The translations under genes were made by a program, and so were the position numbers. The notes under the pieces are model-generated. The model saw nothing but the letters and a program-made list of their open reading frames with translations. It was not told the DNA's origin and ran no database searches. Shown piece after piece: positions 36,625 through 46,342 of a stretch of DNA of 48,606 nucleotides; position 1 is the stretch's first letter, and each line of letters starts with the position of its first letter. This stretch comes from Desulfobacterales bacterium (GTDB lineage Bacteria; Desulfobacterota; Desulfobacteria; Desulfobacterales; JAHEIW01), in assembly GCA_050124655.1 (NCBI GenBank), contig JASFEV010000003.1, positions 1 through 48,606 on the forward strand. Direction: 5' to 3'.

Positions 36625-37209
36625 ATGAAAATCGGCGTACTGGCGTTGCAAGGGGCATTTAGTGAACACATCCACATGCTGGGACTACTCGGTGTGGACA
36701 CAGCGGAAGTGCGCTTGCCCGAAGATCTGGCGGACCTGGACGGCCTTATAATACCGGGGGGTGAAAGCACCACCATCGGCAAATTGGCTGTCATGTATCA
36801 AATGCTGGATCCTTTGCGCCAATTCGCTGTCGACAGGGCTGTCTGGGGCACTTGTGCGGGAATGATCTTAATGGCCAAGGCGATTGGCGTTGATCAGCCC
36901 CTGCTGGGTATTATGGATATTGTCGTCGAACGCAATGCCTTTGGCCGGCAAATCGACAGTTTTAAAGAGGATTTATACGTGAATATTTTGAAAAACGGTG
37001 ACGCCGTTCCGTTTCCAGGAATTTTTATTCGTTCGCCCAAGCTGGTTCAAACAAAAGGCCGGGCCGTCACCATTGCCCGTCTGGCGGACGGCACCCCGGT
37101 GGCAGCCATTGAAGATCGGCTTTTGGCAACTGCATTTCACCCCGAACTGACCAATGATACCCGGTTCCACCAATACTTTCTGAGCCTGATTCGGCCGTCA
37201 CCATCTTAA
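36625..37209 (+). CDS. pdxT: pyridoxal 5'-phosphate synthase glutaminase subunit
   Basis: MKIGVLALQGAFSEH, PGGESTT, GTCAGMI, RNAFGRQIDSF, AFHPEL. Confidence 0.97.
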   Translation: MKIGVLALQGAFSEHIHMLGLLGVDTAEVRLPEDLADLDGLIIPGGESTTIGKLAVMYQMLDPLRQFAVDRAVWGTCAGMILMAKAIGVDQPLLGIMDIVVERNAFGRQIDSFKEDLYVNILKNGDAVPFPGIFIRSPKLVQTKGRAVTIARLADGTPVAAIEDRLLATAFHPELTNDTRFHQYFLSLIRPSPS

Positions 37210-37324
37210 TTGTGATCGCTGATTATCATCATCCGGCCGGTGGCTTCGGCCACCATGGAATCATCCTGCATTTAAAAAAATCTAAAGCATTTCCGTAATT
37301 TAGCCGAAAATAGACTTAGCATTG

Positions 37325-37350
37325 GCAGCAGCATCGCTGCTGTTTTTTTT
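37325..37350 (+). terminator. intrinsic terminator downstream of pdxT
   Basis: gcagcagc-atc-gctgctg followed by T8. Confidence 0.6.
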
Positions 37351-37440
37351 AAGGTGTTCATATTGTTTGATTTTTCTATCAAAGCGCTTTTGCAATGCTT
37401 TGCGTTAACCATAGCGGGGTGACAAAGCGGCGCTATAAAA

Positions 37441-37544
37441 GAGTGTCGGAAAAACCATCGCGTAGCGAGATGGTTTTTAACAGCCCCTTATAGTGGTTGT
37501 CAAAAAAACGTTCCGATTGCGGAACGCTTTTTTGCGACAACACT
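37441..37544. repeat. two adjacent hairpin elements (MITE/REP-like)
   Basis: aaaaaccatc / gatggttttt (37450-37478) and ttgtc-aaaaaaa-cgttccg / cggaacg-ctttttt-gc-gacaa (37492-37544). Confidence 0.55.
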
Positions 37545-37611
37545 TATGCCGCCATCCTTTTTTTCGGAACTTTAATATGACAAGCGGTACAATATCACCA
37601 TCAAGGAAACC

Positions 37612-38937
37612 ATGATGTCTGCAATGCTATACAATGTCGACTTTTCAGGGCGCATTATTCCCGGGTGGGAACTCGATGAGGTCAAGGCCAATCTGGCAAC
37701 GTTATTAAAAGCAGATGAAGACACGATTGTTAAGCTGTTTTCCGGCAAGCGTATTGTGCTCAAGAAAAATGTCGATCATCAGACCGCGCTGAAAATCAAT
37801 AATATGTTTAAAGAGGCCGGAGCGGATTGTATCATCTCTCCGATCCATAATGGCGAAGCTGCCGCACCGCCGCCCCTGCCCGACCAGTCGCTCCAGATGG
37901 ACCAGACGGCTGCGGTGGATCAGGCCGCGCCCGTTCCGTCAGCTGCTACCGTGTCAGCGGTTGAATCCTCACCGGCAGCCGTTGCAAAACCGTACCCAGT
38001 CGTAACAGGCACCGGCCCCAGCGCTTTCTGGTATGTCATTGCGGTATTGTTTTTCTTGGTTCCGGTCATTGCCGGTGGAACCACCCTGTTTAACACCCTG
38101 GATACCTATTTGAGCAGCGAAACCCGCTTGATGGTGCCGGGTGAAACCGACCTTCAGATCGACAACCCCGGTACCTATGTATTTTTATATGAAACCTCCG
38201 CTTATAGCGGATTCAATATGGCCAAATATCAGCTGGGTCGGGATTTTGATATCTTTATCATGGATCTCGCCACCGGAGAACAAATCAGACTGAAGCCGGT
38301 TGAAATGCCCTATACCGAAGAAAATGGCAGCAACGTTTTGGTGGCCATCGCCCAAATTCAGTTCGACACCCTCGGCGCCTATAGCGCCACAGTTGCCGGT
38401 GAAATCGGGGGTGCGGACAGTCTCCTGGTACGCCGGTTTGAAATATGGGAATTGGCCAAAGGGCTCATCTGGGGAGGGGTGCTGTTATTTTTGGGTTTTA
38501 TCATCGCGCCGATTATAGGATTGATCGTTTTCGTCAGACGCCAAAAACGAAACAGCAATCCGGTTGAAGGCACGCTGAGCGAAGAACAAGAGAACAACTG
38601 GGCCATGTGGGCCCATATCAGCACTTTTCTCTCGATGCTGGTGCCGTTGGGTAATTTAATCGGCCCGATCATCGTCTGGCAACTGAAGAAAAATGAATCT
38701 GAATTCGTTGCCGATCAGGCCAAAGAAGCGCTCAATTTTCAGATCTCGCTGGTTATCTACATGTTGATTTCAGCTGTCTTGATTTTTGTGGTGATCGGTA
38801 TCTTTCTGCTCATCGGTCTGGCCATTTTCAGCTTAATTATGGTCATCGTTGCCGGCGTCAAAGCCAATCAGGGCGAATACTACCGATATCCGATGTGCCT
38901 GCGGTTTATTTCGCAAAAAGCATATCCGAGCCGATAG
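37612..38937 (+). CDS. multi-domain membrane protein with C-terminal DUF4870
   Basis: WAMWAHIS...GNLIGPIIVW..KKNESEFVADQAKEALNFQIS...GEYYRYP (DUF4870); N-terminal FSG.I..G...DEVKANLA.L domain, Pro/Ala linker, periplasmic domain. Confidence 0.85.
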   Translation: MMSAMLYNVDFSGRIIPGWELDEVKANLATLLKADEDTIVKLFSGKRIVLKKNVDHQTALKINNMFKEAGADCIISPIHNGEAAAPPPLPDQSLQMDQTAAVDQAAPVPSAATVSAVESSPAAVAKPYPVVTGTGPSAFWYVIAVLFFLVPVIAGGTTLFNTLDTYLSSETRLMVPGETDLQIDNPGTYVFLYETSAYSGFNMAKYQLGRDFDIFIMDLATGEQIRLKPVEMPYTEENGSNVLVAIAQIQFDTLGAYSATVAGEIGGADSLLVRRFEIWELAKGLIWGGVLLFLGFIIAPIIGLIVFVRRQKRNSNPVEGTLSEEQENNWAMWAHISTFLSMLVPLGNLIGPIIVWQLKKNESEFVADQAKEALNFQISLVIYMLISAVLIFVVIGIFLLIGLAIFSLIMVIVAGVKANQGEYYRYPMCLRFISQKAYPSR

Positions 38938-39067
38938 CCCGTCCAAACCCCAAAGACATGCCAATGACGAGTTGTAAAAACCGTTTGCTTCTGGTATCGA
39001 TTTCTTAAAACACGATCACGTAGCAAACCATGTCAGTCACAATGACGATGACCATAGGAGTTGATAC

Positions 39068-39448
39068 ATGAATACCGTCTTGCAAACCTGGATGGAAAGA
39101 GTCAACGCCGGTGATATAGAAGGCGTTCTTGAACTGTATGATGAATCAGCAACATTACTGCCAACCTTTTCTCCTCAGCAAGCCTCCACCAAAGCCGCTA
39201 TTAGAGACTACTTTGAGAACCTGGCTGCTAAAGGTGCGATATCCGTCGAGCTGCACGCCGATACATTATCTGGTTATCAAATTGGCAACACCGCTGAATG
39301 TGTTTGTGGCAATTACACCTTTTCGTATGAAGTTGACGGAAAGATTCAATCATTTGCGTCCAGATTTACGTTTGTCATCGATGCCAACAGCGATCATCCC
39401 ATCATTCATCATCATTCGTCACAAATTCCGCAGCCGCATAGCGAATAA
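39068..39448 (+). CDS. NTF2/SnoaL-like fold protein (DUF4440/SgcJ-like)
   Basis: W....NAGDIEGVLELY...ATLLPT, RFTFV, IIHHHSS motif; AGGAG RBS. Confidence 0.85.
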   Translation: MNTVLQTWMERVNAGDIEGVLELYDESATLLPTFSPQQASTKAAIRDYFENLAAKGAISVELHADTLSGYQIGNTAECVCGNYTFSYEVDGKIQSFASRFTFVIDANSDHPIIHHHSSQIPQPHSE

Positions 39449-39480
39449 CCGTCCTGATGATAGCTAAACAATGAGATAAA

Positions 39481-40011
39481 ATGAACCGGGTTATCCGCCG
39501 CACAAAAAAAACCTTATTCTCCCTCATCGGGGTGGTTTTTTTCTTGACGGCCTTCGCCTGCTCGCAGGAAGACGATGTGGCGGCTATTCGGGCGTTGATT
39601 CAAAAAGGCGCCGCACTGGCCGAAGCGCATGATATCAGCGGGATGATGGCGCTGACCACAGAAGATATCGTCGCCCAGTCGGGCACCTACACTCGTCTGG
39701 AAATCAAACGCATCATCTGGACGGCGCTGATGCACTACGGACAAATCAATATTTTATATCCCAAGCCCTCGGTCGATCTTTCCAACGAGAATAACCAGGC
39801 ATCCTGTGGAATGTTTTTGCTGATTGTCAGAAAAAACCGCGTGGTCCCTGATGTAAAAGACCTCTATGATGACCCCCGAGGCTGGCTCGAAACAGTGGGC
39901 GACAACGCCGATTTGTACCAGCTTAAGCTTGAAATGCGCAAAACAGACAGCGGCTGGCGGGTGAGCAAGGCCCACATAGAACCGTTTCGAGGGTTAGGTT
40001 TCAGTCAATGA
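39481..40011 (+). CDS. NTF2-like lipoprotein
   Basis: Lipobox AFAC; DDVAAIRALI...AEAHDISGMM; MRKTDSGWRV end. Confidence 0.75.
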   Translation: MNRVIRRTKKTLFSLIGVVFFLTAFACSQEDDVAAIRALIQKGAALAEAHDISGMMALTTEDIVAQSGTYTRLEIKRIIWTALMHYGQINILYPKPSVDLSNENNQASCGMFLLIVRKNRVVPDVKDLYDDPRGWLETVGDNADLYQLKLEMRKTDSGWRVSKAHIEPFRGLGFSQ

Positions 40012-40221
40012 AACACAGCCATTTTGAAAGGGGCGATTTTGCTGATTGAAGCCAATGTGTGTACGGATGCTTAAGCGGTGCATTCTTGACTCCGCAAATG
40101 ATTTATGCGTAAAAAACACCCATCACACTGCACCTTGCCATGTGAAGCGTCATTTCCCCACTATTGCGGTGCAATCCGGCTGAGAGGAGTGGTGAGACTG
40201 AATTTGGGCACACAATCAAAA

Positions 40222-40941
40222 ATGCGGCTTTATACGCGCACATTCTATCTATGCCTGAGTGTATGGCTGATGTTGATTGGCGGATTATGTTTGAGCCCAA
40301 ACACAGGCGCAGGAGCCGACAGCTGTAGAACAACAGCGCAATTATGGAATGCGGCCATTCCAAAAGATGATCCCGTCGTACCGGATACCCGGGAAGGATT
40401 GGCTAAAGGAAAATTTTTAGTGGCCAGTCGCCGGCTCAATGATCCCAATTTTAGCCAGACGGTGGTGCTGTTGATCGAATACGGACCGGACGGTGCCATG
40501 GGTCTGGTTATCAATCGTCCTTCAACCATCAAACTGTCGACCGTGTTTCCGGATGTAAACGAGCTAAAACAGCGCAAGGATACCGTCTACGTCGGTGGTC
40601 CGGTAGCCGTCAATCAGATGCTGATGCTCATCCGTTCAACCCAGGCGCCGGCAGCTTCCGTGCCGGTCATAAAAAATATCTATCTGAGCTCAAGCTGGAA
40701 GGTGCTGGAGCGCCTTATTAAAAAGGCAACGACCGAGGAGCAGTTTCGCCTTTTTGCAGGCTATGCCGGCTGGGCGCCCAATCAGCTCGATTTTGAGCGC
40801 AATCGGGGCGACTGGCATGTTTTAAAAGCCGATGCCGATAGCGTTTTTACCCATGACCCCAAGGCACTCTGGCAGGAACTGATTCGCCGGGCGAGCGTAA
40901 AATGGGTGCATTTAGAAAAATCCGCCGCTAAATCCAACTAA
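40222..40941 (+). CDS. YqgE/AlgH (DUF179) family protein with N-terminal extension
   Basis: GKFLVAS..LNDPNFSQTVVLL, GAMGLVINRP, VYVGGPV, FAGYAGWAPNQL..E; start uncertain (track 40105). Confidence 0.88.
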   Translation: MRLYTRTFYLCLSVWLMLIGGLCLSPNTGAGADSCRTTAQLWNAAIPKDDPVVPDTREGLAKGKFLVASRRLNDPNFSQTVVLLIEYGPDGAMGLVINRPSTIKLSTVFPDVNELKQRKDTVYVGGPVAVNQMLMLIRSTQAPAASVPVIKNIYLSSSWKVLERLIKKATTEEQFRLFAGYAGWAPNQLDFERNRGDWHVLKADADSVFTHDPKALWQELIRRASVKWVHLEKSAAKSN

Positions 40942-40949
40942 GCCAGGGG

Positions 40950-41110
40950 ATGTCCATGCAATACCTTGACTCGGAAGCATCGGCTGTTGAGATTGGTGAC
41001 TACAGCATTATTTGCGAAAACGCGGTTATCCGGGCAACCAAAGTCGAAGATATTGATCATCCGGTGGATATTGGCGACCATGCCTTTATCAGCCCGCATG
41101 CCACCCTTTC
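40950..41110 (+). pseudogene. fragment of a hexapeptide-repeat (gamma-carbonic anhydrase-like) gene
   Basis: VEIGDYSIICENAVIRA....HPVDIGDHAFISPHATL left-handed beta-helix turns, with neither N- nor C-terminal parts present. Confidence 0.6.
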
Positions 41111-41145
41111 GATGATATTATTTTGGAACCTTGAGGAAAAATATC

Positions 41146-41574
41146 ATGACCGATGAGATCATTAAAAAATACGGAGAGCGTGTGGGCTATACGAAATCCC
41201 AGCTAAATTTATTTCATGAAGGCGGTCACCGTATTCGACAGGTGGAATGCCTCTCGCAGGCTGCTCCGCACTACAGCATAGAAGCTGAAATTGTTGACGC
41301 CCAGCATTGCAATTCCGGACACCAGGTCGGACAAAAGCTCGTTCTGGATGTGGATGGCAATTTTATTACCAAATTGTGTCCGAAGAAGATGTGCGTCTAC
41401 CTCATATCTCAATTGGCCATTCCGGTGGCTTTAATCAATGAAAGATTGAGTGAAACACTGGACCCCAACGATTTCCATTTCATGCGTTATGTTAAATGCC
41501 TCGATGCCGGTGTTGAATGTCTTGGATACGGTCACGTCATGATGAAAGTCAGGGTGGTTGAAAGAGTAAAATAA
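41146..41574 (+). CDS. Cys-rich hypothetical protein (TIGR04076-like)
   Basis: CNSGHQVGQK, LCPKKMC, VKCLDAGVEC...VMMKV; GAGG RBS before ATG 41146. Confidence 0.75.
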   Translation: MTDEIIKKYGERVGYTKSQLNLFHEGGHRIRQVECLSQAAPHYSIEAEIVDAQHCNSGHQVGQKLVLDVDGNFITKLCPKKMCVYLISQLAIPVALINERLSETLDPNDFHFMRYVKCLDAGVECLGYGHVMMKVRVVERVK

Positions 41575-41717
41575 AAAGTTACGATCCAACGGCTCCGCTG
41601 AACCGCCCGGTTATCTGGTGCACCTCCCGCCGGTTGTTTTAATTCAGCCTTGACCCGCTGGTTTTCTTCAGATAATGCTTATCTTTTTCAAACAAGCGAT
41701 CTCACAAATAAATCAAA

Positions 41718-42224
41718 ATGGACACGAAAAGAATGGTTCGACAATTATTCATATGGATCTGTCTGGTGCTCTGGGGATGTGCTTCCCAGCCGGTGGCAAC
41801 AATTGAAAGCAGCCAACCCGCTGTTTCAAATAAAAAGGTCCTGCTGGCCACCCAGAACAGCAAATTTAAACAGGCGGTGGTGTCGGAAATCTATGATGAA
41901 TTGAATCAAAACGCCATTTATATTAAAATAATTGATGTCAAGGGCCTTAAAAATCAAACTGCTGATAAATTTACGGCGGTCGTGATCATCAATCGCTGTA
42001 TGGCCGGTCGGCCGGATCCCCGCGTGGAAAGTTTTATTGATCGTGAGCCTCAAAAAAACAAAATTATTGTATTGACCACCGGCATGCTGGACAGCTGGAC
42101 CCCCGATGCGCCGGAGGTGGATGCCATTACCTCGGCCTCGGTTTTAGATAAATCCGATCAAGTCGCCCGCACGATCGTAAAGCGGGTTTTGGCGATGGTC
42201 AATTCAACGGGTCCTACGCCCTGA
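41718..42224 (+). CDS. hypothetical lipoprotein (alpha/beta fold)
   Basis: Lipobox LWGC; KVLLATQNSKFK, VDAITSAS. Confidence 0.75.
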   Translation: MDTKRMVRQLFIWICLVLWGCASQPVATIESSQPAVSNKKVLLATQNSKFKQAVVSEIYDELNQNAIYIKIIDVKGLKNQTADKFTAVVIINRCMAGRPDPRVESFIDREPQKNKIIVLTTGMLDSWTPDAPEVDAITSASVLDKSDQVARTIVKRVLAMVNSTGPTP

Positions 42225-42298
42225 TCCCGGTCATCGCGCTCATCTTCACACCAACGCCTTTTCACAAATAACAAATTCATGAATTCAGGTGTCCTAAA

Positions 42299-43423
42299 AT
42301 GATCCCTTTGTCGGTTCAGATAAAAGCATCCCGTCTTTTGGCCTTATGCCTTTTGCATGTTTTGTTGCTGTTTGGCTGCGGCGGTGAAGAGAAGCATCCG
42401 CAGAACATTATGTTATTTATTGGTGACGGCATGGGCGTGGCCCACATTACCGCCGGCAAGATCGCCGCGGGCACATTACACCTGGAAAGATTTCCCATCA
42501 GCGGTCTGGTCACCACCCACTCGGCCAACCGGCTGGTGACCGAATCAGCGGCGGCAACAACCGCGCTGGCAACCGGGAAAAAAACCAACAACCGGGCCAT
42601 TTCGGTTTTGCCGGACGGTACACCGCTAAAGACCCTTTTTGAATACGCTCGGGATATAGGCAAATCCATCGGCGTGGTGGTGACCTCTGCGGTTACCCAC
42701 GCCACACCGGCAGCGTTTATGTCCCATGTCGATAACCGCCGCAAGCAGGCCGATATCGCCGAGCAGATTGTCAACAGCGGCGTTGATGTTTTAATCGGCG
42801 GGGGCTGGGTGTATTTTGTGCCGGCATCCAGCGTCGGCAGCCGGCGTAAAGATGATAAAGATTTACTGGCAGCACTCGAATCCCGCATGCCGGTGGTGCT
42901 GAGCATTGACAAAATATCAGCGCACAGCAACGGCAAAAAACTGGCGGCCCTTTTGGCACCCGATAGATTGCCTAAAGCAGCGGACCGAGATTTCTCTCTG
43001 GCCCGGCTGACCCGGCTGGCCATCCATGTCCTTTCAAAAAATCCCAACGGATTTGTGCTCATGGTGGAAGGCTCTCAGATTGACTGGGCCGCCCACGATA
43101 AGGATACGTCAAACATCATTTCAGAAATGCTCGATTTTGACGATGCAATTGGAGCAGCACTGGATTTTGCCCAACAGCAGGGTCACACCCTGATTGTGGC
43201 GACCGCCGATCACGAGACCGGCGGGTTTGCAGTCCATGACGGTTCGATTCAAGACCAGCAGGTTTCCGCCACCGCATTCACGACCGGCGGGCACACGGCA
43301 TCAATGGTCCCCATTTTTGCCTATGGACCATCGAGTGCCGACTTTAGCGGGATTCTGGATAATGCCCGCGTCGGGCAAATGCTCATTGACTGTTTGTTGA
43401 AAAGAAAAAAACCGCCTTCATAA
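42299..43423 (+). CDS. alkaline phosphatase (PhoA-family lipoprotein)
   Basis: NIMLFIGDGMG, VTESAAATTALATG, THATPAAF, MVEGSQIDWAAH, VATADHETGG; lipobox LFGC. Confidence 0.95.
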   Translation: MIPLSVQIKASRLLALCLLHVLLLFGCGGEEKHPQNIMLFIGDGMGVAHITAGKIAAGTLHLERFPISGLVTTHSANRLVTESAAATTALATGKKTNNRAISVLPDGTPLKTLFEYARDIGKSIGVVVTSAVTHATPAAFMSHVDNRRKQADIAEQIVNSGVDVLIGGGWVYFVPASSVGSRRKDDKDLLAALESRMPVVLSIDKISAHSNGKKLAALLAPDRLPKAADRDFSLARLTRLAIHVLSKNPNGFVLMVEGSQIDWAAHDKDTSNIISEMLDFDDAIGAALDFAQQQGHTLIVATADHETGGFAVHDGSIQDQQVSATAFTTGGHTASMVPIFAYGPSSADFSGILDNARVGQMLIDCLLKRKKPPS

Positions 43424-43568
43424 TACCGCAGAGTGCCCCCCCCCTAAAAGGATACTGACCGTTTGATAGAGCAATCAGACTTTTGCATTAAAAAATGTAA
43501 ATAAAAATTAAAGGTATTTTCGGCTTTTGCCAATAATACGTTTGAGCAAGTCTACATTGCAAAATTCA

Positions 43569-43621
43569 CATTAATCGGTTCAATCTATTCTTCATCAAGA
43601 TACACGCATTAATCGGTTCAA
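43569..43621. promoter_or_regulatory. perfect 15-bp direct repeat upstream of the MuiA-family gene
   Basis: cattaatcggttcaa at 43569-43583 and 43607-43621. Confidence 0.55.
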
Positions 43622-43647
43622 CCAATTTTTTTTATTAGAGAAATACA

Positions 43648-45306
43648 ATGAGCCAACCGTTTCAGACCATCAGCTGTCTGACTGAAACCATCAAAGATGG
43701 TAAAAACAATCGGATAACAGAAGCCGTTGTTTTCACCGACCAGGCCTTTGTCAAACGGCAGGTGAAAACCCGGGCCCAAAGAGGTCTCAATCGATTTCAT
43801 ATTGAAGTGCAGGCCGATGCGGTGGATGTTGATTCGGTGCAGGCCGGTGTTGCTGGAGATGGCGAGATTTTAAGTGTACAATACCGGAAAGTTCCCATAG
43901 AGGATGCACCGGACAAGGACATCAGCAAGCTTGAAGATAAAAAAGAACGATTGACGCGCAAACGGTTGCAGTTGCGAAAAGAAAAAACGGTTGCCAAAAA
44001 ACAGATTCGTTTTCTGGATTCGATTGTCGGGTTTGCTGAAACGGATATGCCCCTAAAAATAAAATCAGAATTTCCCACCCGGGAAAAACTGGCCGAGGTG
44101 CTGGAATTTTTAAGTGAAAACTATGAAGCACTGGCAGAAACGCATTTGGACGTTCGGCATCAGATCAAGGATTTGGATCAAGAAATTCGTCTGCTTGACG
44201 AACAACTGAAAAATTTGCGCAAATCGCACAGCAAAACCCTCAGCGGAATTGAAGTGGTCTTCGGATCTTACAAAGATCAGCCTTTGACGATCGAGGCATC
44301 TTATCTGACCCGCCAGGCGAGCTGGGAACCCGTATACAAGGTGGATGTTCCCCGGGATCTATCCGGAATCACCTTGACCCAGATGGCGCGCGTTCACCAA
44401 AAAACCGGTGAAAACTGGCAATCGGTTAAACTGTCGATTTCAAACGCCGCACCCCTCAAAGGGGCGTCCTTGCCGGATCCTCAAAGCTGGTTTATAAATC
44501 ATCCCTACGACGAGATGCTATTGACCGGTGGGGTTGCAGATAGGGCCACTGCACCGTCGGCCGTGGACGGACAACCTGGCTTCCAAAAAATACTTCAGGC
44601 TGGGGAATCTCAGCTTTTTAATAATTTGGAATTGAGCGCAGCATCGCCAAAACTGATACAAACGGAACAAAAAGAGCTGCCGCTGGCATTTGAATATGAC
44701 CTTCTTCAACCCGTCACTCTGATAACGGGCAATGGGGATGCGATGCTGCCACTGAGCACCAATGATTTGCCCTGTGAATTTTTTCATTATACCGTGCCGC
44801 AAAATGATCCCCGCGTCTACCTGGTCTGCCGCAGCGCATCCGGCAATGCGCTGCTGGCCGGTCAATTAAGCATTCATTTCGGCGGCCGCTATATGGGCCG
44901 GACCGATCTGGCAGAAAAAAAAGCCGGTGAGGATCTGTTGATCAATCTGGGGGTCGAATCGGGAATAAAAATTAAGCGTGAGCAATTAACCGACAAAATC
45001 AACGAAACCCGATTTGGCAAAATGGAGCAGTCCAGCGTGGCCCATGAGATGGAATATCGTATTACCATTGAAAACCTCAACGACAACCCCGTGCAGGTTC
45101 AGATTCTGGACAGTATTCCGGTTTCAACAAGCGATTGTGTCCAGATCATGGACCTCAAAACCTATCCCGAGCCGACCCTCAGAGATTATCTGCAGCAGGA
45201 AGGGGTGATGCTCTGGATTCTTCAAGTCGACCCGCAAGCCGATAGAGATATCCGCATTAAATTTTTCGTCAAACACCCCAAAAACAGTTTTCCCTGGGGA
45301 CTATAA
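43648..45306 (+). CDS. mucoidy inhibitor MuiA-family protein (DUF4140/DUF4139)
   Basis: ITEAVVFTDQAFVKR, coiled coil, ASWEPVY, A.V.QKTGENW..VKLSISNA.P, LLAG...I.FGG.YMG motifs. Confidence 0.88.
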   Translation: MSQPFQTISCLTETIKDGKNNRITEAVVFTDQAFVKRQVKTRAQRGLNRFHIEVQADAVDVDSVQAGVAGDGEILSVQYRKVPIEDAPDKDISKLEDKKERLTRKRLQLRKEKTVAKKQIRFLDSIVGFAETDMPLKIKSEFPTREKLAEVLEFLSENYEALAETHLDVRHQIKDLDQEIRLLDEQLKNLRKSHSKTLSGIEVVFGSYKDQPLTIEASYLTRQASWEPVYKVDVPRDLSGITLTQMARVHQKTGENWQSVKLSISNAAPLKGASLPDPQSWFINHPYDEMLLTGGVADRATAPSAVDGQPGFQKILQAGESQLFNNLELSAASPKLIQTEQKELPLAFEYDLLQPVTLITGNGDAMLPLSTNDLPCEFFHYTVPQNDPRVYLVCRSASGNALLAGQLSIHFGGRYMGRTDLAEKKAGEDLLINLGVESGIKIKREQLTDKINETRFGKMEQSSVAHEMEYRITIENLNDNPVQVQILDSIPVSTSDCVQIMDLKTYPEPTLRDYLQQEGVMLWILQVDPQADRDIRIKFFVKHPKNSFPWGL

Positions 45307-45329
45307 ATCCTTCAGATCTAAAAGTTGAA

Positions 45330-45929
45330 TTATAACTGCTTAAAGGTTCGATAATATCTTAGGACCCGACGAACATACTCTTCGGTTTCTTTATATGGTG
45401 GGATTCTTTTGTAGCGGTCGACTGCGGTGGGACCGGCATTATAAGCTGCCAGCGAAAGCGCCAGTTTACCGTTGAAGCGTTGATAGAGTTGTTGAAAATA
45501 GCGTGCACCCGCCCTGATATTTTGCCAAGGGTCAAAGGGATTTTGCAAATCCAGCATTTTAAAATTCTCAGGCATGATCTGCATCAAACCCATGGCACCT
45601 TTTTTGGAGACTGCCCGTGGATTAAAATCGGATTCGGCTTTAATCATGGCTTTCAACAAGCGCGAATCAACACCGGTTTGTGCAGATGCATCTGAGATGT
45701 AACGGTCATATTTGTCGGGGGCGTAAAAATTCCTGGAAAGGCTTGCTTTTTCTCTAATGTACAGTTTGTATTCGTGGGCGTTGGATGTCGGTGTGTTGGT
45801 GAAATGCATCACCCCGTTTTCATCGATATAGCGATATATATCCGCATGCACCGGTGATATCAGTGTTATTAAAAAAAGAAAGGGAACCCAAGCCTCTGTA
45901 AATATGAACTTAATTCTGCGTCCGCCCAT
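45330..45929 (-). CDS. soluble lytic transglycosylase (SLT) with N-terminal DUF4124
   Basis: ADIYRYIDENGVMHFTN; AMIKAESDFNPRAVSKKGAMGLMQIMP; LAAYNAGP; ETEEYVRRV. Confidence 0.93.
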   Translation of the reverse strand: MGGRRIKFIFTEAWVPFLFLITLISPVHADIYRYIDENGVMHFTNTPTSNAHEYKLYIREKASLSRNFYAPDKYDRYISDASAQTGVDSRLLKAMIKAESDFNPRAVSKKGAMGLMQIMPENFKMLDLQNPFDPWQNIRAGARYFQQLYQRFNGKLALSLAAYNAGPTAVDRYKRIPPYKETEEYVRRVLRYYRTFKQL

Positions 45930-46221
45930 AGCACCTCAAGAACAAATTCAAATCTCTTTGGCGCCCTGCATTAACAAAAGCCCCCCTTGGCGCATCCTGA
46001 TTGTTTCTGTCATAAATTTTACAATATTTTTTGGTGAAACTCAAGGGATTAATAAAAATATTGTATTATTTTAAATACTTATATGTAAAATTGCCTATAT
46101 CTTGCAAGCGTGAAAATCGGTGAATCCAAGGTCTAGACCTCACATTCCACACGGTTATCATTTCCATTAAAAATATCGACCAAAATATTAGAAAATTTAA
46201 GGTTTTCTATTATTGGGGGTT

Positions 46222-46342
46222 GCCGGTTTAGCCCGTTGAGCCTGTTGAGCCCGTATCGGTTTGAATGTTGTCGTATTTTGTCTTCAACCGGTGAACGGGC
46301 CAATCCACCAGAGGCGGACAAGCGGGCAACGGGCTTCAACCG
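46222..46342. repeat. GCCCGTTGA / AACGGGC repeat hairpin with nested 18-nt palindrome
   Basis: gccggttta gcccgttga gcctgttga gcccgt ... aaccggtg aacgggcc [aatccaccagaggcggac] aagcgggc aacgggc. Confidence 0.7.

Noticed and set aside
46007-46024. Pho-box-like CTGTCATAAATTTTACAA
   Set aside because: Second half-site poor and oriented away from the adjacent gene; not near the phosphatase
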